Below, in pieces: positions 62,433 to 64,000 of a stretch of DNA of 64,000 nt (the first letter of the stretch is position 1; each line of letters starts with the position of its first letter). Origin of the DNA: an uncultured delta proteobacterium (lineage in GTDB: Bacteria > Desulfobacterota > Binatia > UBA9968); NCBI GenBank assembly GCA_963840855.1, contig CAWJBB010000040.1, positions 256,001 to 320,000 of the forward strand. The letters run 5' to 3'. Under the pieces are notes generated by a model. The model did no database searches, was not told the DNA's origin, and was given only the letters and a program-made list of their open reading frames with translations. Position numbers and translations under genes: made by a program.

Positions 62433-63920
62433 TCAGCGCTGTGGTTTGAGCGCTAGAAAAAGCGTGCTTTCGCCGCGCCGCACCAAAAACAATACTCCGC
62501 GGCCTTTGCGGCTGCCGGCAATCGCATTGCGGTACTCCTCGACACCGCGCACCGGTTTACGGTCCACTTCCACGATCACGTCGCCGCGACGTACGCCCGC
62601 CTCATCGGCGGCGCTTCCCGGCTCCACGGCGGTCACCACCACGCCATCGGTTTTGTCCAGACCCAGGTTTTCGGCAAGCTGCGGCGTAAGCTTCTGCACC
62701 GTCATGCCGAGCTCGCCTTTTTCCGGCACGGAAGCCACCACTTCTTCGTCCTTCAACTCGCCCACCGCCACGTTAAGCATGACCTCTTTTTTGTCGCGCA
62801 GCACTTTCATGCGTATTTTCTTATCCACCGCCGTGCGCGCCACGATGATCGGCAAATCGCCCGAGTCTTTCACTTCTTTGCCGTCAAATTCCACGATGAC
62901 GTCGCCGACCTTGACGCCGGCTTTATCCGCTGGACCGTCTTTGGAAACGTTGGCGACTAGAGCGCCATAGCTGCGGTCCATGCCCAAGCTTTCGGCGATT
63001 TCCGGAGTGACTTTCTGGATCAGCACGCCGAGATAGCCGCGCGTAACTTTGCCTTTGCCGCGCAGTTGCGGCAACAGTTCTTTCGCCAAATTGATCGGGA
63101 TCGCGAAACCGATGCCCATATTGCCGCCGGTGCGGCTAAAAATCGCGGTATTGATGCCGATGACTTCGCCGCGCAAATTGATCAGCGGCCCGCCGGAATT
63201 ACCGGGATTGATCGAGGCGTCGGTCTGAATAAAATTGTCGTATGGCCCCTGGCCGATATGCCGGCCTTTGGCGCTCACGATTCCCGATGTAACGGTGCTG
63301 TCTAAACCAAAGGGATTGCCGATGGCGACCACCCACTCGCCGACATCCAGGTGATCGGAATCGCCCAAGCTCGCCGTCGTAAGCGCGACTTTCGCGTTGA
63401 TTTTGATGATAGCGATATCGGTTTTGGCGTCTCGACCCACGACCTTAGCTTCATATTCCTGATCGTCGGACAATTTCACGACGATCTTCTGGGCGTTTTC
63501 GACGACATGATTGTTAGTCAGGATAGACCCGTCGGCATCGATAATGAATCCTGAACCGAGGCTGCGCTGCCGCTGCGGGCCGCCGCGCGGCATGGGGCCG
63601 CCGAAGAAGCGCCGCCAAAAATCATTGAACGGATCGTCATCGCCGAAAGGGCTGCCAAATTCCTGCTGCCCGCGCGACTCGCTGACCTGAGTCGTTGAAA
63701 TGTTGACTACCACCGGCTTCATTCTCTTGGCAAGCGCGACAAAATCCGGCAACGCATTGCCCGTGCGGCCCTCAGGAGCGCTCTCACCGATCAGCGCGCG
63801 GCTGGGCGACAACCAGTCGAGACTACCGCTGATGCCGAGACCGACGACCAGGGATATCAGGGCCACCAACGCGGCGCCCTTAAGACTCACGTTGCCGCTC
63901 CAGGGTTTTTTCTCGTTCAT
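62433..63920 (-). CDS. htrA: DegP/HtrA serine protease with two PDZ domains
   Basis: LTNNHVV, DIA, INPGNSGGPL, two PDZ domains. Confidence 0.95.
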   Translation of the reverse strand: MNEKKPWSGNVSLKGAALVALISLVVGLGISGSLDWLSPSRALIGESAPEGRTGNALPDFVALAKRMKPVVVNISTTQVSESRGQQEFGSPFGDDDPFNDFWRRFFGGPMPRGGPQRQRSLGSGFIIDADGSILTNNHVVENAQKIVVKLSDDQEYEAKVVGRDAKTDIAIIKINAKVALTTASLGDSDHLDVGEWVVAIGNPFGLDSTVTSGIVSAKGRHIGQGPYDNFIQTDASINPGNSGGPLINLRGEVIGINTAIFSRTGGNMGIGFAIPINLAKELLPQLRGKGKVTRGYLGVLIQKVTPEIAESLGMDRSYGALVANVSKDGPADKAGVKVGDVIVEFDGKEVKDSGDLPIIVARTAVDKKIRMKVLRDKKEVMLNVAVGELKDEEVVASVPEKGELGMTVQKLTPQLAENLGLDKTDGVVVTAVEPGSAADEAGVRRGDVIVEVDRKPVRGVEEYRNAIAGSRKGRGVLFLVRRGESTLFLALKPQR

Positions 63921-63928
63921 CGACTTTC

Positions 63929-64000
63929 CTATTTCTTCTTTACAGCCTCGACGTACTTCATGCGCAGGTCGAAAAGAATATCTTCCGTCAATCTTTCTTC
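63929..64000 (-). CDS. DUF1844-like protein, C-terminal end (partial)
   Basis: Manual translation EERLTEDILFDLRMKYVEAVKKK*. Confidence 0.65.
   Translation of the reverse strand, partial: EERLTEDILFDLRMKYVEAVKKK

Overview
GC-rich bacterial chromosome segment. Gene content suggests a deltaproteobacteria-like lineage such as Binatia, but this is inference only. The left core block (1-19.3 kb) holds rbfA-DUF503-infB-ylxR-nusA-rimP, an NtrB/NtrC-type pair, thiE, ugd, a decayed integron-cassette patch (TA module plus attC), dnaB, queF, a heme-oxygenase-like diiron protein, a MobA-MoaD fusion and a tungsten-type aldehyde:ferredoxin oxidoreductase (aor). The right core block (44.2-64 kb) holds a selenocysteine formate dehydrogenase operon with an NrfD-type anchor and FdhE, then ilvD, mutM, rsmA, tsaD, PBP1b and htrA. 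Between them lies a ~24 kb accessory island with no integrase. It is bracketed by a ~1.07 kb direct repeat (aor 3' half plus a 60-aa ORF) whose two copies differ almost only at synonymous sites. The island carries stress/redox genes, five good sigma54 -24/-12 promoters, a sigma54 activator/kinase pair and a periplasmic-binding-protein/PP2C/RsbW/STAS partner-switching module. Many intergenic junctions contain short-period (6-9 nt) tandem repeats, often as inverted pairs. Frameshifts cluster in the island and in fdh and may partly be sequencing errors.
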